From: Verrucomicrobiota bacterium
GTDB taxonomy: Bacteria > Verrucomicrobiota > Verrucomicrobiia > Limisphaerales > JADJPG01
Assembly (NCBI GenBank): GCA_046048995.1
Contig: JBJOEZ010000016.1
Span: forward strand, 7,243 to 71,242
DNA: 64,000 nt
Direction of reading: 5' to 3'
Shown: positions 34,385-43,194 of the stretch, piece by piece
Layout: the number at the start of each line of letters is the position of its first letter
Numbering within the stretch: the stretch's first letter is position 1
Made by a program: the position numbers and the translations under genes
Notes under the pieces: generated by a model
Databases searched by the model: none
Told to the model about the DNA's origin: nothing
Seen by the model: only the letters and a program-made list of their open reading frames with translations

Positions 34385-35361
34385 TTCTCGATGAAAACAT
34401 CCCCGCCCATCACCCGCTCCAGCCGCCCGTGCTCCGTCCGCAGCAGCAGGGCCCCATCCTCGTCCAATGCCTCCGCCCGCCCCACCACGTCCCGCGTGCC
34501 CACCCGCAGCCGCACCCGGCGCCCCAGCGTCACGCACTGCGCTTCCCACTCGTCCGCCAGCGCCGTAAATTGACCCCGCCGGATGCGCCCGTAGTCCGCA
34601 TCCAGCTCGCGCAGCAGCGCGGCCGCCAGTTCCACCCGCGAGATGGCCCGGCCGGCTTCGAGCTTCAATGAGGTCGCCAACTCCCGCACCTCGGGCGGAA
34701 AATCCGCCGCCGCCAGGTTCACATCCAGCCCAATCCCCAGCGTCAGGTGCTTGACCCGGTCCGGCTCCGCATTCAACTCGGTCAACACCCCCGCCACCTT
34801 GCGGCCCCCAACCAGGATGTCGTTGGGCCACTTCACCTGCGGTTCCAGTTCCGTCTGGCCCCGGATCGCCCGGCACAATGCCGTCGCGGCCGCCACCGTC
34901 AACTGCGTCGCCGCCTGGGGACTCAGCGCCGGCCGCAGCAGGACCGAGAACCACAGGCCCTTGCGCGCGGGACTGACCCACTTGCGCCCCTGCCGGCCCC
35001 GCCCCCGGCTTTGCGCCTCGGCAAACACCACCACCCCCTCGCGCACGCCGTCGCGCGCCAGTTTCTCCACGATGTCATTGGTCGAACCGGTCTCCTCAAA
35101 CACCTGGATGTCCCGCCCCACCACCTCGTTTCCCTTGGCCAGGGCCAGCAGGTCGTCGGCACACAGCCGATCCGGCACCGACAGCAGCCGGTAACCCTGG
35201 TGCGGGCTCGCCGCAATGTCGTAGCCCAGGCGCCGCAACTCTTCCACCCGCGCCCAGATGGCCGCCCGCGTCAGCCCCAGCCGCTGCGACAGTTCCGCGC
35301 CGGACACATGGCCCTCGCCAGCCTGGCGCAACGCCAGCAGGATGTGCGTGTCGGTCGTCAT
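34381..35361 (-). CDS. birA: Bifunctional biotin-[acetyl-CoA-carboxylase] ligase / biotin operon repressor
   Basis: 326 aa. N-terminal HTH (..VSGAELSQRLGLTRAAIWARVEELRRLGYDI..), ligase core ..QSRGRGRQGRKWVSP.. (GRGRxGRxW) and ..KWPNDILV..KVAGVLTE... Confidence 0.9.
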   Translation of the reverse strand: MTTDTHILLALRQAGEGHVSGAELSQRLGLTRAAIWARVEELRRLGYDIAASPHQGYRLLSVPDRLCADDLLALAKGNEVVGRDIQVFEETGSTNDIVEKLARDGVREGVVVFAEAQSRGRGRQGRKWVSPARKGLWFSVLLRPALSPQAATQLTVAAATALCRAIRGQTELEPQVKWPNDILVGGRKVAGVLTELNAEPDRVKHLTLGIGLDVNLAAADFPPEVRELATSLKLEAGRAISRVELAAALLRELDADYGRIRRGQFTALADEWEAQCVTLGRRVRLRVGTRDVVGRAEALDEDGALLLRTEHGRLERVMGGDVFIEK

Positions 35362-36230
35362 GCGCCTCCCGCCCCCGCCTCCTCGAAATCCAGACCGATG
35401 TCCATCGCCCGCGCCGAATGCGTCAGCGCCCCCACGCTGATGAAGTCCACCCCCGTCTCCGCCAGTCCCCGCACGGTCTGCAGCGTCACCCCGCCGCTGG
35501 CCTCGGTCTGCGCCCGCCCCGCCGCCATCTGCACCGCCTCCCGCACGGTCTCCGGCCCCATGTTGTCCAGCAGCACAATGTCCGCCCCGGCGTCCACCGC
35601 CTGCCGCACCTGCTCCAGCCGATCCGCCTCCACCTCGACCCGCAGCCCCGGATACGCCCCCCGCGCACGTGCCACCGCCGCGGCAATCGGGTTGGGCGCC
35701 GCCCCGGCCAGCGCCGCCAGGTGGTTGTCCTTGATCAGAATCAGGTCATGGAGCCCGAACCGATGGTTCCGCCCCCCGCCGCATGCCACGGCGTATTTCT
35801 CCAGCCGACGCCAACCCGGCGTCGTCTTGCGCGTGTCCAATATGCGCGCCCCCGTCCCCTCCACCGCCGCCACATACGACGCCGTGAGTGTCGCCACCCC
35901 GGACAGGCGCTGCAGGAAGTTCAAGGCCACCCGCTCCCCCGTCAGCAGGGCCCGCGCCGGGCCCGACACCCGCGCCAGCGCCGCGCCTGCCGGCACCCGC
36001 GACCCGTCCTGCGCCCGCACGGAAAACTCCACCAGCGGGGATAACTGCCGGAACACCTCCCGGGCCAGCGCCATCCCACACACCGTCATCGGCTCGCGCG
36101 CGGCCAGCACCCCGGCCGCCCGCGCCGACTCCGGCACGGTCGCCAGCGTGGTGGCGTCCCCGGGGCCCACGTCCTCGGCCAGGGCCGCCGCCACCACCGC
36201 GCGAACTTCAGGCTCGGTCAACGGATCCAC
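35358..36230 (-). CDS. nadC: Nicotinate-nucleotide pyrophosphorylase (quinolinate phosphoribosyltransferase)
   Basis: 290 aa with a GTG start. ..ALAEDVGPGDATT.., ..ILDTRKTTPG.R..EKYAV..GGG.NHR..L.D..LIKDNH.., ..SGGV....ISVGALTHS. The stop overlaps the birA start by 4 nt. Confidence 0.9.
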   Translation of the reverse strand: MDPLTEPEVRAVVAAALAEDVGPGDATTLATVPESARAAGVLAAREPMTVCGMALAREVFRQLSPLVEFSVRAQDGSRVPAGAALARVSGPARALLTGERVALNFLQRLSGVATLTASYVAAVEGTGARILDTRKTTPGWRRLEKYAVACGGGRNHRFGLHDLILIKDNHLAALAGAAPNPIAAAVARARGAYPGLRVEVEADRLEQVRQAVDAGADIVLLDNMGPETVREAVQMAAGRAQTEASGGVTLQTVRGLAETGVDFISVGALTHSARAMDIGLDFEEAGAGGA

Positions 36231-36328
36231 CCGCCCAGCTTGGAACAGGACCCCGGACCGATGAAGGAAAATCTCCCGACCCGCCCGCGCACCCCATCCC
36301 CCCGGGCCTGTTCCCCGCCGCGAACGCC

Positions 36329-37366
36329 TCAGAAGGAGTAGCCCAGGCCGGCGGATATCCAGAGCATGCGACTGAGGTCCAGCTCCACGCGTGCCCCCTC
36401 ATAGGTGTGGGAATAGTCGCCCAGGGTCATGAACTGGGCGCCCACCTGCGCGCTCCACTGCTCGTCAAAGGCCCAGGTGAAGGTCGCCCCCACATAGCCG
36501 CCAACCAGGAAGTCGCTGTCCGAGCCGGAGCCGCCGGACCCTCCCCCGCCGGGCAGTTGCTGGGTCCACGTGTAATCACCCTGCAGGCCGCCAATGGCCA
36601 GGCCGCCACTCACGCCCAGCAACCCATGCCGGCCCACCTCCCATTCCAAGCCGGGCCCCAGGCGCAGGGCGAACAGGTCCGCCTCAAACTCGCGCGACCC
36701 GCCCAGCGTCGCCCCGGCCACGGGAGCCGCACTCCGGGTCGGCGTGTCGAACAGCAGGAAACCAGGCCCGTTGAAGGTGCCGGCATAGGGAGCCGCCGGC
36801 GGAGTCGTCCCCGGCTGAAACGCATAGGTGTCGGTAATCTCCTCCACGCCTCCCCGCAGGTCGCCGCGATCCTGGATGGACAGCGGCGCCCATCCAAGCC
36901 CCGCCTCCACGCCCCACCGCAGGCGGGCCCCCAGCCTGCCCAATTGGCGCTGGTAAACCAACTCCAGCCCATACTGCGGGTCCGAGTCGACCTCGCCGCT
37001 GGACCCGTCCGCCGTCGCCGACAGGCTGTGAAACGCAATGCTGTTGCCAGTCACCTGCGCGGGCTCGCTGTAGCCCCAGAACCACGTGGTTCCGCCGGTG
37101 TTGCCGGTGCGATCCACCCGCACAAAGCCGTCGTCATACTCGTGGTTCGCCCCGGACGTCGCGGCCCCGATCGCCGTGCGCGGCCCGGTCGCCGCGCTCT
37201 GGAACTTCGCGCTGATGTTCAGGCCAAACCGGGCGTTCACGCTCAGTCGGTGGAGGTTGGTGCTGGCATGGGCCAGCGGCATGTCCCCGTCCGCCCCAGC
37301 CGCGCCCAGCGCAGGCAGGAGAATGGAGGCAAGGGCCAGGGGGCGTCGGGCGGCAGGGGACCTCAT
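36329..37366 (-). CDS. Outer-membrane beta-barrel protein (hypothetical)
   Basis: Signal peptide MRSPAARRPLALASILLPALGAAGA. Alternating-hydrophobic strands separated by G/S/T/D-rich loops. Terminal ..ISAGLGYSF-stop (a C-terminal aromatic residue is typical of OMPs). Starts 23 nt after the stop of the upstream cadherin-like gene. Confidence 0.6.
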   Translation of the reverse strand: MRSPAARRPLALASILLPALGAAGADGDMPLAHASTNLHRLSVNARFGLNISAKFQSAATGPRTAIGAATSGANHEYDDGFVRVDRTGNTGGTTWFWGYSEPAQVTGNSIAFHSLSATADGSSGEVDSDPQYGLELVYQRQLGRLGARLRWGVEAGLGWAPLSIQDRGDLRGGVEEITDTYAFQPGTTPPAAPYAGTFNGPGFLLFDTPTRSAAPVAGATLGGSREFEADLFALRLGPGLEWEVGRHGLLGVSGGLAIGGLQGDYTWTQQLPGGGGSGGSGSDSDFLVGGYVGATFTWAFDEQWSAQVGAQFMTLGDYSHTYEGARVELDLSRMLWISAGLGYSF

Positions 37367-37389
37367 AGGCGGAAGGGCGCGGACTGGGT

Positions 37390-39486
37390 TCAGGGGTTTT
37401 CAACGACCCGATAGAAGCGCTTCACCTGCTCGCTCGGCCGGGAATCGGTCTTGGGCGGGCCGTCGTCATACCATTGCGTCCGGTTGGACGAGGCGGTGAC
37501 GGCGGGCACGGCAGTCTTCCATGACTTCATGTCGTCGCTGTAAACAATGGTGTAGACCCGCCCCGGCACCGATGCAAACTCAATCAGGTAGCGCGGTTCC
37601 CCCGGGATCCGGGTGTCGAGCAGGGTCCGCTCAATCACCACCCCGATGCCGTCCATCGGCGGCTTGGGCGCCGCCGCCGGCGTCGGCACCACCCGGTAGG
37701 ACGTCGCAAACGGCCGCCGATCCGGGATGTAATACTCGACGCGGATGCTCACCCTCGCCCCCGCCTCCAGGGAGCGGTTATACTGGATGAAGGGCACGCC
37801 GTCGTTCGTTCCCGAGGCGTTCCACACCACCACCCCGGCCGGGACGTTCAGGACATCCAGCCGGAAGGCCGCCAGCGCCATCGTGCCCTCGTTGGTAATC
37901 GACACGCGCTGTTCAAAGAGGCCGGTCTGGAAGTTCAGCGTGAGCGGGTCGGTCCCAATCCCGATCGGAGCCGGCATCACAACGACGCTCACCCGGCCCG
38001 TCGCCCGCGCCCCCGAGGCGTCCTGCACGATGTACTGGAAGATGTCGGTCCCGATGAAGTCGGGCCGCGGGGTGTAGACGACCCCCTTGTCCACCAACCG
38101 AACCGTGCCGCCCGCGCTGGACGCCGGGCTGACCCCGACCAGCGTCACCGCGTCGCCCTCGGGGTCCACCACCGCCCCGAGGAATCGACCCTCCTCCAGC
38201 AGAAGCGGCGTGTTTATCGGCGTGGCAAACTCCAGGTCGCCGGCCACCGGCGGATCGTTCACCGCCCGCACCAACACGGTCACCGTGGCCGTGGCTGTGC
38301 CGCCGCGCCCGTCGCTGACGGTGTAGGTGAAGGTGTCCGGACCCGAGTAGTTGGGCGGTGGCGTGTAAACCACGTTGGTCCCGTCGAAACGGATGGCGCC
38401 TCCACGCTCGCTCGCCGGACCCGCGGAAATGATCTGCAGCGGATCGCCGTCCGGGTCCGAATCGTTGGCCAGCAGCAGCCCCCCCGGAATCAGCAGCGTC
38501 CCATCCTCCTCGCCCGTCAACAGGTCATCGACCGCCACGGGCGCCCGGTTGGGCCGGGGTTGCACGTCCACCGTGACCGTCCCGATGGCCTGCCCGCATG
38601 GCCCCGCGTAAAGGCCGTAGGAGAAGCTGTCCGGCCCGACATAGCCCGCCGGCGGCAGGTAAATGATGCGCTGCCCGTCAAACGTCACCAGGCCGCCCCG
38701 GGCGGAATTCGTCCGCACATCCACCAGGGACACCACGTCCCCGTCCGCGTCGCTGTCGTTGGCCAGCAACTGGGCCGGGGTCAGCACCAACGGTGTGGGT
38801 TGCGCCGTCGAAAACGCGTCGGGCCCCGCCGTCGGCATGCGATCCGGCACTGTGGCCACCTCCACCAAAACGGGCGCCGCACCGGGGGGAGGCACCACCA
38901 GGATGCCCGCCACCTGGCCGGACTGGGGCACAAACCCGGGGCCCACCGACCGCGCCTCGGCGATCAATTCCTGCGTGGTCTCGCTCGGCGGCGAAAAGCG
39001 CGGGTCGTCGGGCGGGACGGTGACGCCCAGCAACGCCCAAATGGCGCCCTGCATCTCGTCCGCGGTGCCCCGCGGATGGTTGATCAGGTAGCCAACCAAA
39101 TCCCACGAGCCCTCCGGCAACCCGGCCGGCAGGGCTTCCAGCGAATTATAGGCCCGCACCGGGCACTGCCGCCCGGCCGCCGGCGTCCCCGGGTAGGCCA
39201 CCGCCCATCCCCGGTAGGTCCGGTTCGACAGGGTGAACCCCGCCGGGACCCCGCTCAGGTCCACCTGCAGGAACCCGCCGGGCCGGCCATCCAGCACTTC
39301 CAGGCAGATCGCCGCCGCCGCCTGCTGTTCGGGCGACGGTAACAGGACGCGGGCGCAGACCAACCGGGCAAGCGCCGGTTGGGCCAAGCCGGCCAGCAGC
39401 ACAAGGAACAGGCCAACCCGAAGAGGCCACCGCAACCGGCGGGCGGCGGGGGCACAGGCTGAGGCACACAGGGGGCGGGCACTCAT
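37390..39486 (-). CDS. Secreted cadherin-like/bacterial-Ig repeat protein with FYR-type tail
   Basis: 698 aa with a hydrophobic N-terminal signal/anchor. Three ~95-aa units carry LLANDSD[AP]DGD...GG.[IV].F[DV]G...[IV]Y.P...[YF].G.D.F.Y.V.D..G....... and the second ends in AVNDPP. A CARDB/DUF11-like unit follows, then the tail ..VYTIVYSDDMKSWKTAVPAV...VKRFYRVVENP-stop. Confidence 0.75.
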   Translation of the reverse strand: MSARPLCASACAPAARRLRWPLRVGLFLVLLAGLAQPALARLVCARVLLPSPEQQAAAAICLEVLDGRPGGFLQVDLSGVPAGFTLSNRTYRGWAVAYPGTPAAGRQCPVRAYNSLEALPAGLPEGSWDLVGYLINHPRGTADEMQGAIWALLGVTVPPDDPRFSPPSETTQELIAEARSVGPGFVPQSGQVAGILVVPPPGAAPVLVEVATVPDRMPTAGPDAFSTAQPTPLVLTPAQLLANDSDADGDVVSLVDVRTNSARGGLVTFDGQRIIYLPPAGYVGPDSFSYGLYAGPCGQAIGTVTVDVQPRPNRAPVAVDDLLTGEEDGTLLIPGGLLLANDSDPDGDPLQIISAGPASERGGAIRFDGTNVVYTPPPNYSGPDTFTYTVSDGRGGTATATVTVLVRAVNDPPVAGDLEFATPINTPLLLEEGRFLGAVVDPEGDAVTLVGVSPASSAGGTVRLVDKGVVYTPRPDFIGTDIFQYIVQDASGARATGRVSVVVMPAPIGIGTDPLTLNFQTGLFEQRVSITNEGTMALAAFRLDVLNVPAGVVVWNASGTNDGVPFIQYNRSLEAGARVSIRVEYYIPDRRPFATSYRVVPTPAAAPKPPMDGIGVVIERTLLDTRIPGEPRYLIEFASVPGRVYTIVYSDDMKSWKTAVPAVTASSNRTQWYDDGPPKTDSRPSEQVKRFYRVVENP
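37393..37563 (-). other. C-terminal 'FYR' tail module
   Basis: GRVYTIVYSDDMKSWKTAVPAVTASSNRTQWYDDGPPKTDSRPSEQVKRFYRVVENP-stop. Confidence 0.45.
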
Positions 39487-39693
39487 AATCGCCTATACAG
39501 TCCCGCCGGCCCGGCCCCGCCACAACCGCCGGGGATGCCATGCCGCGCCTCGGGGAAACTACGCGGCAGCACCCCGGCAAAGCCCGGCCGGGCCGCCCCA
39601 CGGCTTCCGAGTCTTGACCCCTCCCTGAACCCGCCTTTAGCCTCCGCCCCCATCTGCCGTTTGATGAGTGCGGCCCCAGGGAAGGGGCTTCCG

Positions 39694-41022
39694 ATGAAAC
39701 TATTCTACGAATTGCTGCTCACGCTCGGGTTCTACCTGAGCGCGCCCTACTACTTCCTGCGCCTCTGGCGCCGCGGGAACTGGCGGGACGGCTTCGCCCA
39801 GCGCTTTGGCAGGTTCAGCTCCAAGATCAAGCAGGCCGTCACCAACCGCCACGTCGTCTGGATCCACGCGGTCAGCGTCGGCGAGGTCAACATCGCCACC
39901 CACCTCATCGCCGCCATCGAACGCCGCCTGCCCAACATGAAAATCGCCGTCTCGACCACCACGTCGACCGGCATGGCCGAACTGCAGAAGAAGCTCCCCT
40001 CCCACATCGAGAAAATCTACTACCCCATCGACCGCCGCCACTTCGTCAACCGCGCCATCATGGCCATCCACCCCGAGGCCATCGTCCTGGTGGAGGCTGA
40101 GATCTGGCCCAACTTCCTCTGGCGCGCCGAGGAACTCCGCATTCCCCGGTTCCTCGTCAACGCCCGCCTCTCCGAGAAGTCCTACCGCGGTTACCGCCGC
40201 TGGCGCCCACTCTTCCGCCCCCTCTTCGCCGGCTTCGCCGGGGTTGGCTGCCAGAACGAGGCCGATGCCCGACGCCTGATCGAGTTGGGCTGCCGGCCCG
40301 CGGCCGTCCGCGTGGTCGGCAACCTCAAATACGACGCCGCCCCGCTCGACGAACGCGTGGTCCTCGACGTCCGCCGCCTGCTCGCGCAACTCGGCGTCCC
40401 GCGCGACGCCCGGCTCCTCGTCGGCGGCAGCACCCATGCCGGCGAGGAAGGCATCCTCGCCGGGGTCTACCAGCGCCTGCGCCAGCGGTTCCCCGACCTC
40501 TTCCTCGTCCTCGTGCCCCGCCATTTCGAGCGCGGCAAGGAGGCCGGACGCGAGGTCGCCGCCCAGGGGGTCCGGTTCGTCTACCGGAAGGAAATGACAC
40601 CCCATAGCCAATACCAGCCAGGGGACGTGGACTGCCTCCTCGTCAACACCACGGGCGAACTCAAGCACTTCTACGAGCAGGCCTCCGTCATCTTCGTCGG
40701 CAAAAGCCTGACCGCCGAGGGCGGACAGAACCCCATCGAGCCCGGCGCCCTCGGCAAGCCCATCGTCTTCGGCCCCAACATGCAGAACTTCGAGGCCGTC
40801 GCCCGCTCCTTCGTCGCCCAGGAAGGCGCCCTCCAGGTCCGCGACGCCGACAGCCTCGAGCAGGCCATCGCCTCGCTGCTGGCCGATCCCGCCCGCGCCG
40901 AGGCCATGGGCCAACGCGCGCTCGCCGTCGTCCGCGAGAACCAGGGCTCCATCGAACGCACCGTCGACATGCTGGTCGAGAACCTCCAGGGCCTCACCTA
41001 CGTCGCGGACCGCCGGGCCTGA
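39694..41022 (+). CDS. waaA: 3-deoxy-D-manno-octulosonic acid (Kdo) transferase
   Basis: MKLFYELLLTLGFYLSAPYYFLRLWRRG....VWIHAVSVGEV...TTTSTG...EAEIWPN...NARLS..S...VPRH.ER...GGQNP.EP, colinear with E. coli WaaA/KdtA as I remember it. An alternative ATG lies at 39664; the track ORF start at 39535 is an upstream extension. Confidence 0.9.
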   Translation: MKLFYELLLTLGFYLSAPYYFLRLWRRGNWRDGFAQRFGRFSSKIKQAVTNRHVVWIHAVSVGEVNIATHLIAAIERRLPNMKIAVSTTTSTGMAELQKKLPSHIEKIYYPIDRRHFVNRAIMAIHPEAIVLVEAEIWPNFLWRAEELRIPRFLVNARLSEKSYRGYRRWRPLFRPLFAGFAGVGCQNEADARRLIELGCRPAAVRVVGNLKYDAAPLDERVVLDVRRLLAQLGVPRDARLLVGGSTHAGEEGILAGVYQRLRQRFPDLFLVLVPRHFERGKEAGREVAAQGVRFVYRKEMTPHSQYQPGDVDCLLVNTTGELKHFYEQASVIFVGKSLTAEGGQNPIEPGALGKPIVFGPNMQNFEAVARSFVAQEGALQVRDADSLEQAIASLLADPARAEAMGQRALAVVRENQGSIERTVDMLVENLQGLTYVADRRA

Positions 41023-41117
41023 ACCCGGCGCCCCGCCGCCCACGCCACCGGCCCCGCATCCCCCCACGCCGCCGGCGGGCTTGATCCCGCCCCGGCAATC
41101 TCACACCCTCCGCCGCC

Positions 41118-41987
41118 ATGGCGTCGCTGCGCACGCTGCTCATCCTCGGCCGGGTCTCCAACCTGCCCACCGTCTGGTCCAACTGCCTGGCCGGCTGGCT
41201 CCTCGGCGGCGGCGGATCCCCGTCCCACCTCGCGCTGCTCGCCGCGGGCGCCACCGCCGCCTACCTCGGGGGCATGTATCTCAACGACGCCTTCGACGCC
41301 CAGTTCGATGCCCAGCACCGCCCGGAACGCCCCATCCCCTCCGGCGCCATCCCCCTCCAGGCCGTCTGGGCCTGGGGCCTCGGCTGGCTCGCCCTCGGCG
41401 TGGGCCTCCTCTGCCTCTTCGGCCAGACCACCCTCATCCTCGCCCTCCTCCTCGCCCTTTCCATCCTCCTCTACGACGCCGTCCACAAGCTGTTCGCCTT
41501 CTCCCCCATCCTCATGGCCGCCTGCCGCTTCTTCCTCCTCCTGGCGGCGGCCTCCACCAGCACCCATGGCGTCGCCGGGCATCCCGTCACCGCGGGCCTG
41601 CCCATCTGGACCGCCCTCGCCACCGCCCTCTACGTCGTCGGCCTCAGCTACGTCGCCCGCAAGGAAACCACCTTGGACGCCCTCAGCTACTGGCCCTGCC
41701 TCTGCCTCGGTGCCCCCTTCCTCCTGGCCGCCATCGTGAACTGGGGCCAACCCGCCCTGCACTTCCTGGTCCTCGGAATCCTCCTGGTGGCCTGGATCCT
41801 CCGGTGCCTGCGCTTTGCCTTCTGGGCCCCCCAACGCCACATCGGACGCACCGTGGGCGGCCTCCTCGCCGGCTTGCCCCTCGTCGATTGGCTCTCCGTC
41901 TGGGACGGCTCCCTCTGGATGGCCGCCGCCTTCGCCGGCTGCTTCCTGCTCTCCCTCGCCAGCCAGCGCCTGGTGCCCGCCACCTGA
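41118..41987 (+). CDS. UbiA-family prenyltransferase (integral membrane)
   Basis: 289 aa, about 8-9 TM segments. First Asp-rich motif NDAFDAQFD (NDxxDxxxD) followed by ..RPIPSGAI... Confidence 0.8.
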   Translation: MASLRTLLILGRVSNLPTVWSNCLAGWLLGGGGSPSHLALLAAGATAAYLGGMYLNDAFDAQFDAQHRPERPIPSGAIPLQAVWAWGLGWLALGVGLLCLFGQTTLILALLLALSILLYDAVHKLFAFSPILMAACRFFLLLAAASTSTHGVAGHPVTAGLPIWTALATALYVVGLSYVARKETTLDALSYWPCLCLGAPFLLAAIVNWGQPALHFLVLGILLVAWILRCLRFAFWAPQRHIGRTVGGLLAGLPLVDWLSVWDGSLWMAAAFAGCFLLSLASQRLVPAT

Positions 41988-41997
41988 CCAACCCGGC

Positions 41998-43194
41998 TCA
42001 GGTCTCGCGCAGGGCCAGGGCAATCGGCAACCGCGCCGCCCGCACCGCCGGGAACAGCCCCCCCAGCAACCCCAGCGCCGCCGCCCACAGGATCGCGTCC
42101 ACCAACAACCGCGGCGTCACCGCAAAGGCAAAGGCTATCTGGCTGAAGGTCTGCCAATTGATCGTCGAGGCCTGAAACCCGTCAAAGGCCGCATAGGCCG
42201 CCCCCGCCCCCGCCGCCCCCCCCGCCAGCGCCAGGGCCAGCGACTCAAACAGGATCGACAACACCACCGGGCTGGCCCCAAACCCGATCGCCCGCAGGGT
42301 CGCAATCTCCCGCGTCCGCGCCGCCACCGCGCTATACATCGTGTTCAACGCCCCAAACAGCGCCCCCAACCCCATCAGGACCGCAATGTAATAGCCCAAC
42401 CCCGTGATGAATCCCGTCAGCATGCTGCTCTGCTCCTCCAGGAACTCCGCCTGGCGCTGCACCCGGACCTTCAGCCGCGGATTGCTGGTCAACGCATCCT
42501 TGAACTCCCGGAAGGTCTCCGGGCCCGCCATCCGCGCATAGACCGACTGGAACGCGTCCCCGCGGTTGTAGGCGGGCTGCAGGACCGCCGCGTCCGTCCA
42601 AATCTCCGATTCCGCCGCCCCGCTGCCCCCGGTAAACACGCCCACCACATCCCACTCGTTGGCCCCAATGCGGATCCGCCGCCCCAGGTCCAGCCCGGCG
42701 AACGCCCGCGCCGCCCCCGCCCCCACGATGATTTCATTGCGACCAGGCGTGAAGGCCCTGCCCGCCAGCAGCCGGAATCCCTCGCGCACCTCCGGCCCGG
42801 CCAACCCCACGCCGCGGAAGGCCAGGTTCCCATCCGTCCCCGTGGACCGGTTGACCAGGTTGATCATGACAAACAACTCCGCGGACACCAGCGCCCCCCC
42901 GGGCCCGCGCGCCACCCCCGGCGCGTCCAAAATCAGCCGCGTTTCCTCCCGGCTCAGCCCGCTGGTCAACTCCGTGTCCGCCCCGCTCCGCAGCACAATG
43001 GCCACGTCATCCGGCCCGGACACGGTCATGGCCGCCCGGAACCCCGCGGCAATCGACAGCACCCCGACAAACACCATGACCGTCCCCGCAATGCCCGCCG
43101 CGGCCGCCAGCGCGGCCCCCTTGCGCTCCGGCAGGGTGCGCAGGCTGAAGAGCGTCACCGCCACGACCTGGGAAAGCCAGTGTCCCATGTTCAC
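41998..43194 (-). CDS. ABC transporter permease, FtsX/MacB-LolCE type (second of two)
   Basis: 398 aa. N-terminal TM, large periplasmic domain, and a C-terminal three-TM FtsX domain (..REIATLRAIGFG...). A GTG at 43194 overlaps the upstream stop by 4 nt; an alternative ATG lies at 43188. Confidence 0.8.
   Translation of the reverse strand: MNMGHWLSQVVAVTLFSLRTLPERKGAALAAAAGIAGTVMVFVGVLSIAAGFRAAMTVSGPDDVAIVLRSGADTELTSGLSREETRLILDAPGVARGPGGALVSAELFVMINLVNRSTGTDGNLAFRGVGLAGPEVREGFRLLAGRAFTPGRNEIIVGAGAARAFAGLDLGRRIRIGANEWDVVGVFTGGSGAAESEIWTDAAVLQPAYNRGDAFQSVYARMAGPETFREFKDALTSNPRLKVRVQRQAEFLEEQSSMLTGFITGLGYYIAVLMGLGALFGALNTMYSAVAARTREIATLRAIGFGASPVVLSILFESLALALAGGAAGAGAAYAAFDGFQASTINWQTFSQIAFAFAVTPRLLVDAILWAAALGLLGGLFPAVRAARLPIALALRET

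Noticed and set aside
34385-34981. Upstream extension of the coaX ORF (460-aa version)
   Set aside because: It lies entirely within birA in another frame and is Gly/Ala/Arg-rich. CoaX homology starts exactly at MILLLDIGNTH (ATG 34384).
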